Below, piece after piece: positions 34,370-46,360 of a stretch of 64,000 nucleotides of DNA. The notes under the pieces are model-generated. The model had not been told where the DNA came from, did not search any database, and worked only from the letters and a program-made list of their open reading frames with translations. How positions within the stretch are numbered: the stretch's first letter is position 1; the number at the start of each line of letters is the position of its first letter. This stretch comes from Gracilinanus agilis. Its lineage: Eukaryota. The position numbers were made by a program, and so were the translations under genes. The stretch spans positions 200,895,413-200,959,412 of the forward strand of contig NC_058132.1 in assembly GCF_016433145.1 (NCBI RefSeq), written 5' to 3'.

Positions 34370-35150
34370 GTTGTCCTTCATATTCAAAAAGGATTAAAAT
34401 GACATCACTATGTTAGGGTCGATGTACAGAGTATGCAGCTGTGGCTGATTAGACCAATATGAGCTCAGAAGGCTCTTTCCCAGGTTGGGCCCTTATGAAC
34501 ATGTCTCTAGATTTCATCCTCTCGTGTTTCTTTTGAGCTACCACAATTCTGCTTTGCTCCCAGGGCACAACACCTTCTTTGATGTGGGCACACCATGCGG
34601 GATGATTCTGTTCCAGTGTCTCCCACATAGTGAAATAGTAAAATATAAAATGATAAAATGATGTGGCGATGTCTTTTGACTCACATAAATTGCATTTAAA
34701 TGAGACAGAGATGTTCAGTCATTGGCCTCACTCTCTCTTCCAGAGTCACCCAAGTCCAATGGCAAGACAAAATTCAAGATGACTGGCAATGACTCAAGAT
34801 GCAGTGGATGACTTTGGTGTCTTCCATATCTGACCAAGCTTTAGAGACTCCATAGTGCCTGATTCAGTTGATTAGAACAAATTCTTCTCATCCACCATTA
34901 TTCTGGGAGAAGTCTTGGCATGCCTATGGTAGACACCCCCAACTCATCAACAGATGTGAGTCCTGTCGGTTACCTTTAACTTGGTTTAGCTTATCTGTGG
35001 AGACTGTTCTATTGGGATGTGGCCCCTGCCCAAGCTACAGCTTCTTGGAGCCACTGGTGAAAGCTGGGTGGAGGAAGACACCAAATATGGATGAGTAACC
35101 CTGAAAAGGAGCCCAGCAAGCCATCCACCAGAGGCGCTAGTCTTTTCTGA
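34370..35150 (-). mobile_element. Marsupial RTE LINE-derived element
   Basis: Antisense of the RTE ORF2 C-terminus (WETLxQ..W..I.EG.V…SRI) joined to RTE 5' sequence. Confidence 0.75.
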
Positions 35151-35247
35151 ATACCCTGTGCACCCCCTTTAACTGCTGATGAATGGAAGAAGCACATTGG
35201 TGGGAGCTCGGTCTCCACAAGGGTCTCCCTGCTTCAAGTATTCTCCA

Positions 35248-35366
35248 TTCTATCCCATGCCACCTGGAATGTGCCCAATCTCCTCTGAACCCAGAAACTG
35301 AGCAGGGTCAGGCCTGATTAATACTCAGATGGGAGACCACCTGGGAATACTGGGTGCTGCAGGCTA
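35248..35366 (+). pseudogene. Full-length 5S rRNA pseudogene
   Basis: Hand alignment to vertebrate 5S rRNA gives about 95/120 identities, with many changes at CpG sites (e.g. GATGGGAGACCACCTGGGAATACTGGGTGCTG). Confidence 0.9.
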
Positions 35367-36078
35367 TGTGTAGGGGATAGGGAAATTTTACAACAAGAGT
35401 TAAATTCAGAGCCCCGTGCTTGAGAGGCAGGTGGCTGGTGAGTCAATACCTCAAAGGCACTTTGGCCCCTTGGACTTACCAAAGAACAGTAGATAATAAC
35501 CTGTGGATGAGAGTATGGATGTGTTTGTGTATCTCGATCTATCTACAACTTAATGTCCTCATCACATATGTCAATATGTCTGCCTTCTTGTCTGTAGGAG
35601 CTGCCTAAATGCCTAAACAAAGAACTATGGGTAGGTATGTGTTTATGTTTATGTATAGGTCTAGATGCTTGTATACTGTGTACTTATCTGTAAATATGGG
35701 TCTATATCCCTGCCTGCCTCAGAGCACACATGTATACCTCAGAACTAGAGTGAGAAGGGGGTGGGTGAGTGCAAAGACGGGGGTCTTTCTCAGAAGCACC
35801 ATACGGCTCTGGTAGATACCCTCTCCCTCCTGTGAAAGGTCATCATAATGAAAGCTAATGTCTCTACAATGCATTTAAGTTTACAAAGTGCTTAACGTAA
35901 CATGCATTATCTCATTTGCTTCTTACAACAACCCAGAGAAGCCACTCCTATTATTATCCCCATTTTACAGATAAGAAACTGAGACTGAGAAGGTTTAAGT
36001 GATATGTCCTAGGTGACGCAGCTGATAAATAGCTGAGTTGAGACTTGAATTCTTCCTGAATCCAGATCTGGAGTTCTA

Positions 36079-36396
36079 CTGTGGGAGTAGAAACACAAAA
36101 GAAAACCATGATCTATCGCTTGTTTATATGGGGATAGGATATGGAGTTTGGGTTTTAAAAGATCACTCTATTACATATATGAATAATATGGAAATAGGTA
36201 TTGAGTGATAACATATGTATAACCCAGTGGAATTGCTTGTCAACATGGGAAGGGGGAAGGGAAGAAGGGAAGGAGACAACATGAATCAGGTAACCATGGA
36301 AACATCTTTAAAATTTTAATTTTAAATTAATTAATTAAAATCTAATTAATTAAAATTTAAATATTTTTAAATTATTTTTTTTAAGAGAGAGAAGAA
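36079..36396 (+). mobile_element. L1 3' end with TSD atctggagttcta
   Basis: TSD at 36066-36078 and 36397-36409; AT-rich degenerate tail. Confidence 0.8.
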
Positions 36397-36439
36397 ATCT
36401 GGAGTTCTAGACTCAATACAATGCTGCCTCCAAAGATGA

Positions 36440-36660
36440 CAGTCTTAGCTATCAGGAACCCCAGATATGGCTACTGCATCCTGGGCCATCACCAGGCATC
36501 CTGACTTTGGTCTTGCCACTGGATTTTGATGCCCCTGGAAGAGAGAGATTGAGAACTTTGTAGCTGTGCCTCACTTAAATCCAAGTCATACACAAGTCAA
36601 GACATCACTATCACAAGACCCCCCCCCCCATGATGTTATTGGTTCTCTTTGAAAACAAAG
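36440..36660 (+). mobile_element. RTE-derived SINE fragment
   Basis: Same family text as 31985-32185. Confidence 0.6.
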
Positions 36661-37759
36661 GATAAAAAACAACTTGTAAACAAGAAGGAAAAATATTCTT
36701 TTTGGTCTTTAAGTTCCATACTCTTCTTCCTCCAAAGTATGCTACACAAGGACTCAGAGTGCAGAAGATATTTATATATATATAATTTATTTATTTACTT
36801 AATATTTAATACATATATATTTAAACACCTTCTGTCTTAGAATCAGTACTGTGTATTGGTTCCAAGGCAGAAGAGTGGTAAGGGCTAGGCAATGGGGGTT
36901 AAGTGACTTGCCCAGGGTCACACAGCTAGGAAGTGTCTGAGTTCAGATTTGAACTCAGGACTTCTGATCTCCAGGCCTGGCTCTCTATCCACTGATCCAT
37001 CCATCTGCCCCTAGGGATGAGCCCTTTTAATATCAGCTGGTGAAGGTAACTTCTCCCCTACTTGCTGCCTCCCTGGCATGCTGCAGTCCATGTTTTAGCA
37101 ATCAGAAATACAACATATTAATATACCAACATTCCGCTTAGAAAGAAGTTTTGGCTTACAGAATCCCTAATTCAGGGAACATTCTGGTTCAAACAATTTC
37201 CAATTTACATTTTCTAGTGATCACAAAACAAAAAATAAAGAAATTCAGGCAGTGATTTAAGCAAAGGTACAAAGTTTAGGATCAGGATTTTTGGTTTACC
37301 AAGTAGAACAATAGTAATGTTATTGTTGACACAGTCCCCAGGGAGAGATCTGTTTTCCATTGGGAGGCTGATGGCAAACAAAAGGAAGACAAAAGAGTTG
37401 CCTCTTTGGATCATGGTAAATTAAGAAAATCTTGACTCTCTGGACTTTGATCCCATGAGTCAGCTGCCTTCTCACATGGGAACTACCCTCAGTGCCTCAC
37501 CCTAGAATGTCCCTTTGCCATGCCAGCCTCCTTCTCCACTGGGGAATTTCCTCCAGTACCTCCATGATGGGAATGGGTCCAGGCTATGCTTTGCTCTCCT
37601 CCCACCTGAGCTTCTTGACTTTTTGGACTCTGACACTGTTCCCCACTCCACAAGTATCCCCCACTCCCTTCTCCCTTGAACACTCTGTCCACTTGATCTC
37701 TCCTTTATCAGTTCCCTTTTATGGATGTCTTCTCTCATTAGAATGTAAGCTCCTCTGAC

Positions 37760-38075
37760 CATAATGCAAAAAAAAAAAAATCACATTCAACAAAGGGCAG
37801 CAGAAAGACTAAAAATTAATTGGAAAATAAAAAATCTTCTCCAAAAGAATGAATGGGTTAAGAACCAATCATAGGAACAATCAATCATTTCATTAAGATG
37901 AATAACAAGGAAACCACATACCAAAATTGATGTGATACAGCCAAGCTGTTCTTAGGGGAAAATTTATATCTCTGAATGTTTACATCAATAAAACAGAGAA
38001 AAAACAGACCAATGAATTGGATGGACATGAAACTAAAAAATCTAGAAAAAGAACAGTTAAAGATCCTCAATTAAA
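37760..38075 (+). mobile_element. L1 ORF2 endonuclease-region fragment
   Basis: Degenerate NKETTYQNxCDTAKxVLRGKFISLNVYINK. Confidence 0.75.
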
Positions 38076-39133
38076 CACAGACTGTTAGCCCTAAAAGGGC
38101 AAGAACTGTCTTTTTCTGGTCTTGTATTTGCATCCCTGGAACTTAATGCAGTGCCTGGCACATAGTAAAAGTTTAATAAATGTTTGCCTGCTTGCCTCTT
38201 TCATTTTGGTTAATAAAAAAGATTTTCCTCTATCTAAGTGCCAGTTCTAACTTCTTTGGGAAATTAAATCATATTTATCTTGATAGAATCTCAGATTCTG
38301 GAGGGGTTAGGATGACCAAGCTGAGCACACAGTTTCATTGTTGTTGTTATTGTTTTTAAACTTTATCTTCAGTCTTAAAATCAATGCTCTGAATTGGTTT
38401 CAAGACAGAAGAGCAGGAAGGGCTTAGGCAATAGGGGTTAAGTGACTTGCCCAGGGTCACACAGCTAGGAAGTATCTGAGGCCAGATTTGAACCCAGGAC
38501 CTGTTGGCCTGGCTTTCAACCCACTGATCCACCTAGCTGCCTCCTGAGGACGCAGTTAAAACCTTAATTCTTAATCTTTACAATACAAAGGAATTTTTAT
38601 TGCTATTGGTGTCCTATACACATCTGCAAAGAGGACAGGGGAGTGGAGAGGAGGGGAGGAATAAAGTACATTGTCCAGAACCTGAGAGCTGGTATTAGAG
38701 GTCTCCTAGCCTGACCAGTATCTGAGCAGGGATCCTCTACCTTGGTGCATTTTCCCATCCCAAGTAATCTTCCCACCTACCAAACATTAGGAACACTTCT
38801 GGTAGGTGGGGAACAAGAGTTAGGGAATAGGAAGGATGGGCAACAAGTGAATATCAGGGAATGTCTTCTACCCAAATCCTGGAGAGTGTAGGGATTCTCC
38901 AGTATGAAGGTTACAGGAGAAGAACTAATGTGGACAGGACAAGATGAAAGTATTTGAAGAGGCTTTTTGTTTACTTGAAAGAGGGATTAGACAGACACTT
39001 CCTGGCTGTGTGACCTTGGGCAAGTCACTTAACTGCAATTGTCAAACTCTTAAAGCTCTTCTGCCTTGGAATGGCAGAAGTCACTTAGTATTGATTCTAA
39101 AATGGAAAGTAAAGGTTTAAAAGAAATGAGATA

Positions 39134-39338
39134 GGGGGCAGCTAGGTGGCTCAGTGGATTGAGAGCCAGGCCCAGAGATGGGAGATCCTGGGTTCAAATC
39201 TGGCCTCAGATACTTCCTAGCTGTGTGACCCTGGGCAAGTCACTTAATCCTCATTGCCTAGCTCTTACTGCTCTTCTGTCTTGGAACCAATACACAGTAT
39301 TGATTCTAAGATGGAAGATAAGGGTTTAAAAAAAAAAG
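39134..39338 (+). mobile_element. SINE1_Mdo-like SINE
   Basis: Full-length sense copy gggggcagctaggtggctcagtggattgagag…aagggtttaaaaaa. Confidence 0.9.
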
Positions 39339-40320
39339 AAGTAGGCATTTGACTTTGGTAGCCCTGGCTGACCTCCTTGCTACTCAAGAGCACCTCCTCT
39401 ATAACTCCCAAAGCTCCCTAGTGACTTCTTGCCCTTTCTTCTCCCCTCTTCCAAACATATTCTCATGAAAGCATTAGATAGACCCATTTGCACCAAGGGA
39501 TGAGCAAGTAATGATACTTTGGGCCTGTAGATTTAGAGCTGATCAGGACCTGAAAGGCTATTATATAGTTTAGTCTCGTCAGATGAGGAAACTGAGTCCA
39601 AGGGAGCTTATGTGACTTGCCTAATATCACAAAGTTCATCAGACGCCTGATGGAATGCTCCTTCCTCTAAGCCACACTGCCTACTATCTAAACAGTTATT
39701 CCTTCTTAGAGGATTTGTATTTGTAGCCTGGAGAAAACCTCTCACTAAAGGAGGGGAAGTCTAAATGTTGAATTGAGGCAGCTGCTTGTGTGGGGAAGGA
39801 CATTTCTAGCGGGGAGGGAAGTTGGAAACCCCTCCTGAAGTGACTCCTTGTGGATAGTTGTTTTCTCTGCCCTTTTTTTTTTTGACGTTGAGCAAATCAT
39901 TCGTGGCTTATTGGCCCTCACTGGGGAAGGAGCCATGTATCCTGTGGCCCTTGTGGTGGCCAGCCTAGGGCACTCAAGACATTGGTGAAAAGGAGGATGA
40001 CCCCCAGGCCTTCTTCAGGACCACCATTGGCCTCTACGGAAGCCCTGACTCTTCTCTGCTCTGGTCAAGGAATATAAAAACGTTTGGTTCAATCAAGGTA
40101 TTGACTGTTCTGGAACTCCAGATACTTTCCAAGGTTGTTTCCAAGTAGACCTTTTACAAGTCTGATAATCTAAGAATGAGGTGACTGAGGCACAGAGGGG
40201 AGCAGGGGGCCCCAGCTTCTTTTGTCCCCTGAAGAGTGACGGGCAGGAATCTGGAATCGTGATTTCCAGCTTGGCGGAGATTTTCCTTTGCCAAGAGTTA
40301 GACTCCTGCCAGGAAGTGCC

Positions 40321-40560
40321 TTATCGCTCAGTCCAGAGGGCAAGGTGAGAATGATCAATTGTTTGTGATGGCAAAGAGGAAGAGGGAACGGAGGGTGGTA
40401 AGCAAGGACTCGGGTTATCTCTCAGGCTGGCCTCCTCCAACTCCCACCCCCATCTCACTTGGATTCAGCTAGTAAAGGCTTCTGGGTAAGAGGTACCACT
40501 CCAAGAAAGCGATGAGGAGGGGGGCCCATGAGAGCGTGGGGGAGGGGGGGAAGGTGGAGA
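40321..40560 (+). promoter_or_regulatory. APOC3: APOC3 enhancer orthologue: DR1 AGTCCA-G-AGGGCA (40330-42) plus G-rich Sp1-type boxes (40515-40560)
   Basis: TTATC..GTCCAGAGGGCAA matches my recollection of the human enhancer HRE (TTATCAGTGGGTCCAGAGGGCAA), followed by G-tracts in the same order. Confidence 0.7.
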
Positions 40561-41184
40561 GGTGAGTTTGTGCCTAGATCTCTGCTCCTCCTCGGCCACA
40601 GGAATATGGGGTGACTGGCCTGGAGTTGGAACTGTTTGCCCTGAAGTTTCCTCTCTGGACTCACTGGTCTCCTTCTGTCCCAGCCTTGTGAGATGGAAGG
40701 AAAAGGAAGGAAAGGAGCAGCTCCTGATCTTCCGATGTGATGGGTCCAGAATGAGTCCAGTGTCCCTGAGAGAGCTGCTAGAGCCCAAACCAGTCGCTGA
40801 AGGCAGTCCCTCCCACCATCTTTGCTCCCTCAGAAGCTGAGAATGCTAGGGACAATATTCCAGAGAGACCCCAAAACAACCTCTCCCTCCATCACCAGCA
40901 AGTTTGGCCTGAAACTTGACCATGCCTTCTGCCCAGAAGGGATGCTCTTCTGCCCCATCCTTAAGAGATGTCTCTCTAGGGCATGGGAGAGGGTTAAAGC
41001 AGCCTTAAAAGGCTCCATCGTGCTCCTGGCGCTGAGCCCAGATAATAAGGAGCCACAGGGAGGGGGAGGAAGGCAGAGAGCCTCTGTCTTTGCTTCACCT
41101 GGGATTTCCTAATTTAGCTGGCTTCCTTTGGAAGCTTCCACCCATAGCTGCCTGCGTGGCCCACTATTCTAACCCTATCTGGAC

Positions 41185-41253
41185 AGGTCAGCAGGTGACC
41201 TTTGCCCAGCTGCCTGGGCCTCCAGTGCCCGCTGCCCAGGGGACAATATAAAA
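41185..41253 (+). promoter_or_regulatory. APOC3: APOC3 proximal promoter: HNF4 site TGACCTTTGCCCA (41196-41208) and TATAAAA (41247-53)
   Basis: GGTCAGCAGGTGACCTTTGCCCAGC is the classical C3P element. Confidence 0.9.
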
Positions 41254-41277
41254 CAGGCCACAGTGGGCCTTCCTAAT

Positions 41278-41311
41278 CCCAATCCGCGCGACCCAGGAAG
41301 CAGCTTTCCAG
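41278..41311 (+). other. APOC3: APOC3 non-coding exon 1 (TSS approximate)
   Basis: Ends GCAGCTTTCCAG|GT, similar to the human exon 1 end; starts about 30 nt after the TATA box. Confidence 0.75.
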
Positions 41312-42002
41312 GTGAAGCTCCCAGGGATGGAGGGGGGTGGGCAGAGGAAATGAGGAAAATTTTACCCACTTTGGGAGGGCAGGGCCTAGACGTATAAACT
41401 TTGAGCTCTGAGTGCCTTTTGGGGTTATGGGGTAAGGAGAGAGGGGAATGCTTATAGGGAGAGCACAGCATGGAACCCTAAATTTCCCTGTTACCTCTGC
41501 TGGACAGTATCCCTAATCCTTAATATGTCAGAGCAAATATATGTTCTTCTTTTTAAAACAAACCCTTACCTTCTGTCATAGAATCACTACCATACACTGG
41601 TTCCAAGACAGAAGAGCGGTAAGGACTAAGCAATGGGGCTTAAATGACTTGCCCAGGATCACACAGCTAGGCAGTGTCTGAGGCCAGATTTGAACCCATA
41701 ACCTCCTGTATCTAGGCCTGACTTTCCATCCACTGATTCACCTAGCTGCCCCACAAGTATATATTCTTTGTAGCAAACTATCATTATCCCATCCACTTTG
41801 GGAATTGGCATATCAGGAGTCAGGGTGCCTAGGTCCTGGCGTCTTCTGTACTTTTTGGCTTTGGATCCTCCATCAGTCTTTCCAGAGAACATGGCTTGCC
41901 TGGGTTAGAACGGGGAACTTTTAATGCAGGGAGGTGAAAAGACCACACAGAATTTGGAGTCTCCACTCACCTCAGTCATTTTTTCTTAGACACAGAGTGA
42001 CC

Positions 42003-42057
42003 ATGCAGCCCCGAGTTTTCCTTGTTGCTGTGTTCCTGACCCTACTGGTCTATGCTA
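42003..42057 (+). CDS. APOC3: Apolipoprotein C-III exon 2 coding part (MQPRVFLVAVFLTLLVYA); whole exon 41990-42057
   Basis: Acceptor ttttcttag|; 55 coding nt; donor A|GTAAGA; MQPRV start is diagnostic. Confidence 0.95.
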
Positions 42058-42093
42058 GTAAGACCCTGTGGCTCGTGGGTGGGAGTGGGATGT

Positions 42094-42224
42094 NNNNNNN
42101 NNNNNNNNNNNNNNNNNNNNNNNNNNNNNNNNNNNNNNNNNNNNNNNNNNNNNNNNNNNNNNNNNNNNNNNNNNNNNNNNNNNNNNNNNNNNNNNNNNNN
42201 NNNNNNNNNNNNNNNNNNNNNNNN
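42094..42224. other. Assembly gap (N) in APOC3 intron 2
   Basis: 131 N; no coding exon is missing, since the frame joins across it. Confidence 1.
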
Positions 42225-42875
42225 TCCTTTTTTCCTTGGCTCTATCCTAACTCATTTCAAGATAAATGATGCTCACTCAACAAAGCTGTAACAAGAGACT
42301 ATTTGCAGTCAAGGCAGGTACCACAATGGAGGACAAAGGACACACTGTCCCATTATGGCAGTGGGACACTACTGTCCTTGGACAACAGTGAGAGGCCACT
42401 TCTGAAGGACAGCTGGGAATGGGGGTAGGGTGGGATAAAGATAACCCCAGCATTTTAATGAACTAGTCTTTCTAAGTACCTGCTAAGCTCTGTTGTTTCT
42501 AGGGGATTGTCAATGTCCTCCAAATTCCAAACCCTAGCACATAGTGGCCTCACCTTAAGTATGGCTCTGAGGATCGGGTTTAGCTGGGGAAAACAGGCCC
42601 TCTCCCCAAGGAGAGGCCTCCTGCCTGGGTCTTACTCCTGTCTTACTCCCTGGTTCCAGCCAGAACTATCCTGAGGGTCTTCTCTACCCTGGTTTTGATA
42701 TGAGATGCCCTGAAAGAGCTAGAGAACAGCAGAGAAAATGTCCAGGAGGACTGATTCTCAGCACCTTGTTTCTGTCCATCTTGGGGATGCCAGCCCAAGG
42801 GAAGGCTTCTTTCTCTCCCCGTAGCCTGATTTCCAGACTGATGGCACCTCCTCTCTTCTATTTCCTTCCATGCAG

Positions 42876-42996
42876 ATGCCCAGGAGACAGAGGAAACACT
42901 CTTGAACCGGGTCCAAGACTACATGCAGCAGGCAGCCCGACAAGCCCAGCAAGCTTTGAACAATGTGCAGGAATCTCAGGTGGCCAAGCAGGCCAA
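42876..42996 (+). CDS. APOC3: Apolipoprotein C-III exon 3 (121 bp)
   Basis: Acceptor tttccttccatgcag|, donor AA|GTATGC. Encodes AQETEETLLNRVQDYMQQAARQAQQALNNVQESQVAKQA. Confidence 0.95.
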
Positions 42997-43711
42997 GTAT
43001 GCTCAGGCTTCCTCAGCTCTCACACACTTCCAGCTCCTGCTCTTCTTGTCTCATTTGCCCTTCTTTTTTCCCTTTTCTCCCATCCCTTCTTTTTCTTCCT
43101 TTCTTCACTTCTCACTCTTTCCTTCTCCTCCACATCTGCTTCTCTTTTCTGTATCCTTTATCTTCATTCTCTTTCATCTCTATAACTCTCTTCTATCCCC
43201 TGTCTCTTTCCCTCTTTTATTCCTACCATTCCCCACTCGTTTTTTTATCCTCCCCCATCCCTATCTCTTTCTCTTTTCTTTCCACTGTTCCTCCCTCATA
43301 TCTTTTTTAATTTTAAATTCTTACCTTCAGTCTTAGTGTCAACACTGTGTATTAGTTCCAAGGCAGAAGGGCAATAAGGGCTAGGCAATTGGGGTTGAGT
43401 GATTCGTTCAGGGTCACACAAAGAGGAAGAGTCTGAGGCCAGATCTGAACCCAGGACCTCCTATCTCTAGACTTGACTCTCAATCCACTGAGCCACCCAG
43501 TTGTCCCCATCCCTCATATCTTAATTTCCTTCTTCTTTTCCCCTCTGTTTCTTCTCCCTCATCCCATTTCTCCCTAATCTTTTTTCCCTTCTCTATCTTC
43601 TCCCATTCCTGGCTCCTCTCCTCCAGCTTTCTTCCTCCTTCTCTGCCTTTTCTCCCTTCTCACTTTAACCCTGTCTTCTCAGAAGTTTGGAACAGAATCT
43701 AGGTCATTATT

Positions 43712-43892
43712 TTTTTTAAACCCTTAACTTCTGTGTATTGGCTCATAGGTGGAAGAGTGGTAAGGGTGGGCAATGGGAGTCAAGTGACTTGCCCAGGGTC
43801 ACACAGCTGGGAAGTGTCTGAGGCTGGATTTGAACCTAGGACCTCCCGTCTCTAGGCCTGACTCTCAATCCACTGAGCTACCCAGATGCCCC
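43712..43892 (-). mobile_element. Very young SINE1_Mdo-type insertion in APOC3 intron 3 with a perfect 16-bp TSD
   Basis: TSD aatctaggtcattatt at 43696-43711 and 43893-43908; short-tail subfamily text (ttaacttctgtgtattggctcataggtggaag). Confidence 0.92.
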
Positions 43893-45218
43893 AATCTAGG
43901 TCATTATTAAGCAAGATCCTAGATCATGGAAATAATTTGGGGGGTGGGATGGATACCTTTAAATGCTGATTCTAATTTGGGCGGGAAAACCCATTCTCCC
44001 TCTCTCTTTGTCCTCATCTCTATTTAAAAAAAAACAAAACTTAATTGATTGATTTTGTCAGTTACATGTAGAAATACCATTTTTCTTTTTTATATTTTTC
44101 TTTTTACCAATTATAGAAACAATTTTTGATGATTATTTTCTGACATTTTAGGATTCAGATTTTCTCCCTCTTCCCAACCCTCCCTAAGGTGGTAAATAGG
44201 CTGATATAGGTTAGACGAGTGCTTTCATGCTATCTGTATTTCCATACTGCTCATTCCGTGACAGAAAACACACAAAAGACATATAATAAAAAAACTCATG
44301 AAGGGCCTCATCTCTTTTTCCTGGTCCTTTCCTGGCCTTCTCTTCCCTTATCCTGGTCTTTTTTTGTCTTCATCTGCCATCTTACTTCTCCTCTTCTACT
44401 TGCCTTTTCCCTCTTTCTAGGACCCTCAGGAAACCTTCTCAGTTCCTACTACTTAGGAGCCACTTAAGAATAAAATTGCTTCAACTATTGACTTTAAACA
44501 CGCTACATGTCTTTACTGCACATATAGATACGCAAGTACATGCACACACACAGAGACACACCACATAGAATGGCATCTATCAAAGAACGTGGGAACTAGA
44601 AGGTACCTTAGAGTCCCATCTACCCATTTTGCAGATGCCCAGAAAATGATTGTTCAAAGTCACATAGCTAGTTAGTTGGTTATTTCTATAAGGAACTGCC
44701 AGTTAAGCAAAAACTCATCCCTTCCATTCCCTCTAGTTTTCCTCAGCCCTTCCCACTTTAGGGGAGCCTGACTCAACAAGGAAAAATGGTAGCCCTCTTT
44801 GAGTTCAAATCCACATTTCTCTGAGCTCCTCCCTTTCCCACCCCTATACATGTAGCTTCTGCTCTGAGTGGTCTGGGAAAGTGGCTCAGGAGACCTCCCA
44901 GCCCCTTTCCCTTTGCTCTGTCTGCTCCACCATAAATTCCTTTTAACTCCTAGAGCCTACAAGTCTAAGTCTTTGGTTTAGGGATAAGCTCGAGGCAATC
45001 ACAGGAAGACTAGAGAATTGGATGAGACACAACCCCAGTTCCTGCCTCCCATTTCACTGCCATTTACCCTCCTCCAAATGTTTCTAACCATGACACAAAC
45101 ATAGACTTTGAGGAAACCGTTGAGGTATGATAGGTCTGAAAGAAGGATAGGGGGAGAGTCAAGGTGGATTTTCTACCCCCATCCCCAAAGGTTTTCCCTT
45201 TTCTATTTAACCCTTTAG

Positions 45219-45345
45219 GGACTGGGTGACTGATGGCATCTCTTCCCTGCATGATTACTGGAGTACTTGGACAGGCAAATTCTCTGGCCTATGGGAAAAG
45301 GCTGAGGAGCCAGTGGCAGACGGTCCTCCAAAAGTCACACCTTGA
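45219..45345 (+). CDS. APOC3: Apolipoprotein C-III exon 4 coding part
   Basis: Acceptor ccctttag|. Encodes [41 protein letters not shown]. Joined CDS 55+121+127=303 nt (100 aa). Confidence 0.95.
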
Positions 45346-45481
45346 AGACTCATCTCCATCATTTTGAGTGTCCATCTGTCCCTCTCCCTGCCTCCCTGGA
45401 TTCTCCTGTCGCCAGGGCTTCCTGGACTCTTCTATGATGTGTCAGGAAAGCATATGTCCCCAAGTCAAGCACTGCCCTTGA

Positions 45482-45487
45482 AATAAA
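45482..45487 (+). terminator. APOC3: APOC3 poly(A) signal AATAAA
   Basis: AATAAA 137 nt after the stop, followed by a GU-containing region. Confidence 0.85.
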
Positions 45488-45924
45488 GCTGGATAAGAAA
45501 CCCTTATGGTGTCATGTATACCACATGGGCTACTTTCATTTGGGGGATGGGGGAGGGCTGGGGTGGAGAACTTCTAATCCACTTAATATTGCCCAAGGAA
45601 AGAGAAATTGGTACTCCCTTGGAGGGGATGGGACTAGCTAGACTAATTGTCCTTCTTAGGGCTCAGTGATGGTTGAATAGAAGGTGACAAAATAAATAGG
45701 GCCCCACTTTCTTAGTTTGGGGTACTAAGGAGTCCAAAAACTAGGGCTCTAGTCCTAGTTCTGTGGACCTTTTGGCAAGTTATTTCCCCTTCCTGGCCCT
45801 CAATTCCCTTATCTTTAAAAGAAAAGGTTTGGACTAAATTATCTTTATAGCCAATTTCCAGCTATAATATTCTGAGCCCTGACCTCTCTACTTCTGTCTG
45901 CCTTGGCCAGATTTTTGTTGTTGT

Positions 45925-46360
45925 TTTTAAAAAACCCTTACTTTCTGTCTTAGAATCAGTACTGTGTATTAGTTCCAAGGCAGAAGAGCAGTAAGGGCTG
46001 GGTAATGGGGGTTAAGTGACTCACCCAGAGTCGTATAGCTAGGAAGTGTCTGAGGTCAAATTTGAAGCCAGGACCTCCTGTCTCTGGGCCTGGCTCTCAA
46101 CCCACTAAGTCACCTAGCTGCCCCATTGGCCAGTTTTTATAGGGACTTTCTTCTTTACATTACCCTCCTTTAAAAAAACAAACAAGCAACCCTTACCTTC
46201 TGTCTTAGTATCATTTCCAAGGCAGAAGATTGGTAAGAGCTAAGCAAATGGGGGTAAGTGGCTTGCCCAGGGTCACATAGCTAGGAAGTATCTGAGGCCA
46301 GATTTAAACCCAGGCCCTCCTCACTACAGGCCTGATGCTTTATCCATTATGATACCTAAC
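45925..46360 (-). mobile_element. Two tandem antisense SINE1_Mdo-like copies between APOC3 and APOA1
   Basis: Two consecutive aacccttac…gtgacttgccc…tttgaa/aaccc blocks (about 45925-46125 and 46170-46360). Confidence 0.8.

Noticed and set aside
35125-35139. CCACCAGAGGCGCTA CTCF-like motif
   Set aside because: One base short of the core spacing and derived from RTE repeat sequence.
31690-35150. Oppositely oriented RTE-derived copies forming a long inverted pair
   Set aside because: Divergence looks like that between independent family members, with no shared diagnostic insertion (unlike the 53.5/55.0 kb pair).
45266-45273. ApoC-III Thr at the position of human mature K58 (site of the K58E variant)
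   Set aside because: As I recall, rodents also have Thr here, so it is not marsupial-specific.
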